DNA of 64,000 nucleotides from an uncultured Planctomycetota bacterium (GTDB lineage Bacteria; Planctomycetota; Planctomycetia; Gemmatales; Gemmataceae): NCBI GenBank assembly GCA_963849325.1, contig CAWKHF010000002.1, positions 800,001 to 864,000 of the forward strand, read 5' to 3'. Shown piece by piece: positions 61,910 to 64,000 of this stretch (position 1 is its first letter; each line of letters starts with the position of its first letter). The notes under the pieces were generated by a model. It saw only the letters and a program-made list of their open reading frames with translations, ran no database searches and was not told where the DNA came from. The position numbers and the translations under genes were made by a program.

Positions 61910-63499
61910 ATCCGAGAAACAAGAAACCAAGGCCGATCCTTCTGGCCGCGTGTTCGGGCGTTCGGCTGTCTGCTCCTGGCGGGCGTGCTGGCGTGGACCA
62001 CCCGTCCGGCCGGCGCTCAGATAGCCGGCTTGGCGGATGACCTCGTCATCCTCAGTAGCCGTCTGCGGAAGAAGGAGGCGGACAAGACGCATCAACACCT
62101 CGGACCCGGACCCGGCTCGATGGAAAGCCCGTTCACCTACGTCCCCGGCGCTCCCCAACCGATCCCGGGCGAACCGTCCAGCGCCACGACTCCGGGTCAG
62201 GCCCAGATTGCGCCGGTGGCAACCCGTGCCCCGGCCTCGACGCCGCTCTACGGCGCGCTGGAACTGCCCGCCACGGTGGAGGAGGGTCCGCCAACCGGCC
62301 TGACGCTGGACCAGGCCATCGAACGACTTGTCCAGGACAATCCCGGTCTGCGTACTCGCTTTCAGGAACTGTCTAAGGCCCAGGCGGATGTCCTTTCCGC
62401 TGGCCTGCGCAATAATCCTTTTATCTTCGGCAACGTCGGCAACGTCCCGTATGGCAGCTACTCGCCGCAGCGGCCTGGCGGCGTCAACTATGAAGTGACG
62501 GTCATCCAGTCCTGGGACGTCAATCAAAAGCGCAAGAGTCGCATCCGCGTGGCCCAGAGCGCCAAGAACGTGGTGGAGTGTCTGTACCAGGATGCCGTTC
62601 GCCTGGAGATCGACAACCTGTACACCGCCTTCCTGGACGTGCTGGCCGCCCGCGAGGCCGTGCGCCAGCAGCAAGTTGGTTTGGAAGGATGGGAGAAGGT
62701 CGTCGAGGCGACGCGGCCGATGGTGGAGTCGAAGCAGAAAGCCTCGTCCGAACTGGAAAGTGCCTTGGTCCAGCGCGACCGGGCCTTCCTGGCCGTGCAA
62801 GATGCCTCGTCCGCACTACGGCAGGCCAGGCAGTCGCTGGCCGTCATGCTCAACCTTCCTCCCGCCGACGCCGATTGCCTGGAGTTGCGCGGCGCCATCG
62901 GCGGCTTCGATCTGGAATTGCCGGCGCTGGAGGAATTGCTGGAGATCGCGTTGCACATTCGGCCCGATCTGAGTGCCTACCGTCTGGGCGTCCAGCGCGC
63001 TCAGACGGAGGTGCAGATGGCGCGGGCGGATCGCTGGGCCGATGTGTTCGTGCTATACACACCCTGGCAGCTCCAGGACAATTCCGCCATCGGCAGCCAG
63101 AACGCGACTTCGTGGAGCCTCGGAGCACTGGTCACGCTGCCGGTCTTCAACCGCAACCAGGGCAACATCTCGCGGGCGCGCAGTACCGTGACGCAAACGC
63201 TGATCGAGCTGCAAGGTCGGGAAACGCAGGTCGTCGCCGAGGTGCGGCGTGCCTATCAGGAATATGTGACCACGCGCCGCGCCGTGCAATATTACCGGGA
63301 GAACATCCTTCCGCGGGCGCGGCGCATCCGCGACGACAAGCTGCGCCTTTTCCTGGCGGGGACCGAAAACGTACTCACCTACCTCAACGCCCAGACGGAC
63401 TACAACGATGTGGTCCGTCAGTATCTCGAAACGAGCGTGCGTCATCGCCGCGGTGCGCTCCGGCTCAACACCGCCGTCGGCCAACGCATCGTGCCCTGA
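61910..63499 (+). CDS. TolC/CzcC-family outer membrane efflux protein
   Basis: LTLDQAI..NPGL, RPDL, LPVFNRNQGNI, LNTAVG. ORF track start is 61985, but the signal peptide extends up to ATC 61910. Confidence 0.85.
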   Translation: MRETRNQGRSFWPRVRAFGCLLLAGVLAWTTRPAGAQIAGLADDLVILSSRLRKKEADKTHQHLGPGPGSMESPFTYVPGAPQPIPGEPSSATTPGQAQIAPVATRAPASTPLYGALELPATVEEGPPTGLTLDQAIERLVQDNPGLRTRFQELSKAQADVLSAGLRNNPFIFGNVGNVPYGSYSPQRPGGVNYEVTVIQSWDVNQKRKSRIRVAQSAKNVVECLYQDAVRLEIDNLYTAFLDVLAAREAVRQQQVGLEGWEKVVEATRPMVESKQKASSELESALVQRDRAFLAVQDASSALRQARQSLAVMLNLPPADADCLELRGAIGGFDLELPALEELLEIALHIRPDLSAYRLGVQRAQTEVQMARADRWADVFVLYTPWQLQDNSAIGSQNATSWSLGALVTLPVFNRNQGNISRARSTVTQTLIELQGRETQVVAEVRRAYQEYVTTRRAVQYYRENILPRARRIRDDKLRLFLAGTENVLTYLNAQTDYNDVVRQYLETSVRHRRGALRLNTAVGQRIVP

Positions 63500-63520
63500 G
63501 GCGAATCCGACAGCAAGTTC

Positions 63521-63589
63521 TCGTTTAGCCGCGACGCGCAGCGGAGCGCGGGTCTGTCCCGCGCTCCGCTGCGCGTCGCGGCTAAACGA
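63521..63589. repeat. perfect 32-bp inverted repeat between convergent genes
   Basis: TCGTTTAGCCGCGACGCGCAGCGGAGCGCGGG / CCCGCGCTCCGCTGCGCGTCGCGGCTAAACGA. Confidence 0.9.
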
Positions 63590-63595
63590 ATTTAA

Positions 63596-64000
63596 TCAGT
63601 AGGCATTGCGGTGGATGATGCCGTGGAAAAGCGTCATCCACAGGATGCGCAGATCCAGCCACGGCGTCCAGTGCGTGATATAGTAGAGGTCGTATTGCAG
63701 GCGCTTGCGTAGCGACGTGTTGCCGCGCCAGCCGTGGACCTGCGCCCAGCCGGTGATGCCGGCCTTGACGCAGTGTCGGGCCATGTAGTTGGGAATGGTT
63801 CGGCTGAACTGCTGGATGAACACCGGACGTTCCGGCCGCGGCCCCACCAGGCTCATGTCGCCCAGAAGCACGTTCCACACCTGCGGCAGTTCATCGAGAC
63901 TCGACTGGCGCAGAAACGTCCCCAGGCGCGTCCGCCGGCTGTCGTGCTTGACGGCCCACACCGCCCCCGTCTGCTGCTCGGCATCGACGCGCATGCTGCG
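63596..64000 (-). CDS. undecaprenyl-phosphate glycosylphosphotransferase (WcaJ-like), C-terminal part
   Basis: [35 protein letters not shown]. Confidence 0.9.
   Translation of the reverse strand, partial: RSMRVDAEQQTGAVWAVKHDSRRTRLGTFLRQSSLDELPQVWNVLLGDMSLVGPRPERPVFIQQFSRTIPNYMARHCVKAGITGWAQVHGWRGNTSLRKRLQYDLYYITHWTPWLDLRILWMTLFHGIIHRNAY

Overview
A GC-rich bacterial chromosomal window, very probably from a Planctomycete (Gemmataceae-like). The assignment rests on two DUF1549/DUF1553 (PSD1) genes, a DUF1501 gene, a TIGR03000-like domain, an LEGLEDR planctomycete export motif and many intergenic palindromes. About 50 genes are present. Housekeeping genes include an RluA/RluD pseudouridine synthase, ettA, ackA, coaX, obgE, an MnmE-like GTPase and tRNA-Arg(UCG). 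There are five protease-family genes (3x S1C/PDZ, S8, S41), two ABC systems, a Ser/Thr kinase, an FHA protein, a Ski2-like helicase, TolC and three toxin-antitoxin loci. About 20 genes carry single-base frameshifts, most likely long-read or polishing errors, so the ORF track splits or falsely fuses many genes. Main signals not shown by the ORF track: (1) a thioredoxin/CxxCH/PDZ gene read through an in-frame TGA in a U-x-x-C motif, followed by a SECIS-like hairpin (probable selenoprotein); (2) a low-GC two-gene unit resembling an orphan polymorphic-toxin tip plus partner, ending in a solitary integron attC-like site; (3) a 174-bp internally deleted IS5 derivative joining a truncated Ig-repeat gene to a degraded RES-Xre module; (4) a REP family that supplies the stop codons of neighbouring genes; (5) a PDZ-interrupted HtrA paralogue with His->Lys and Ser->Cys; (6) two genes that seem to need non-canonical start codons. 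Family assignments come from motif recognition only; no searches were run.
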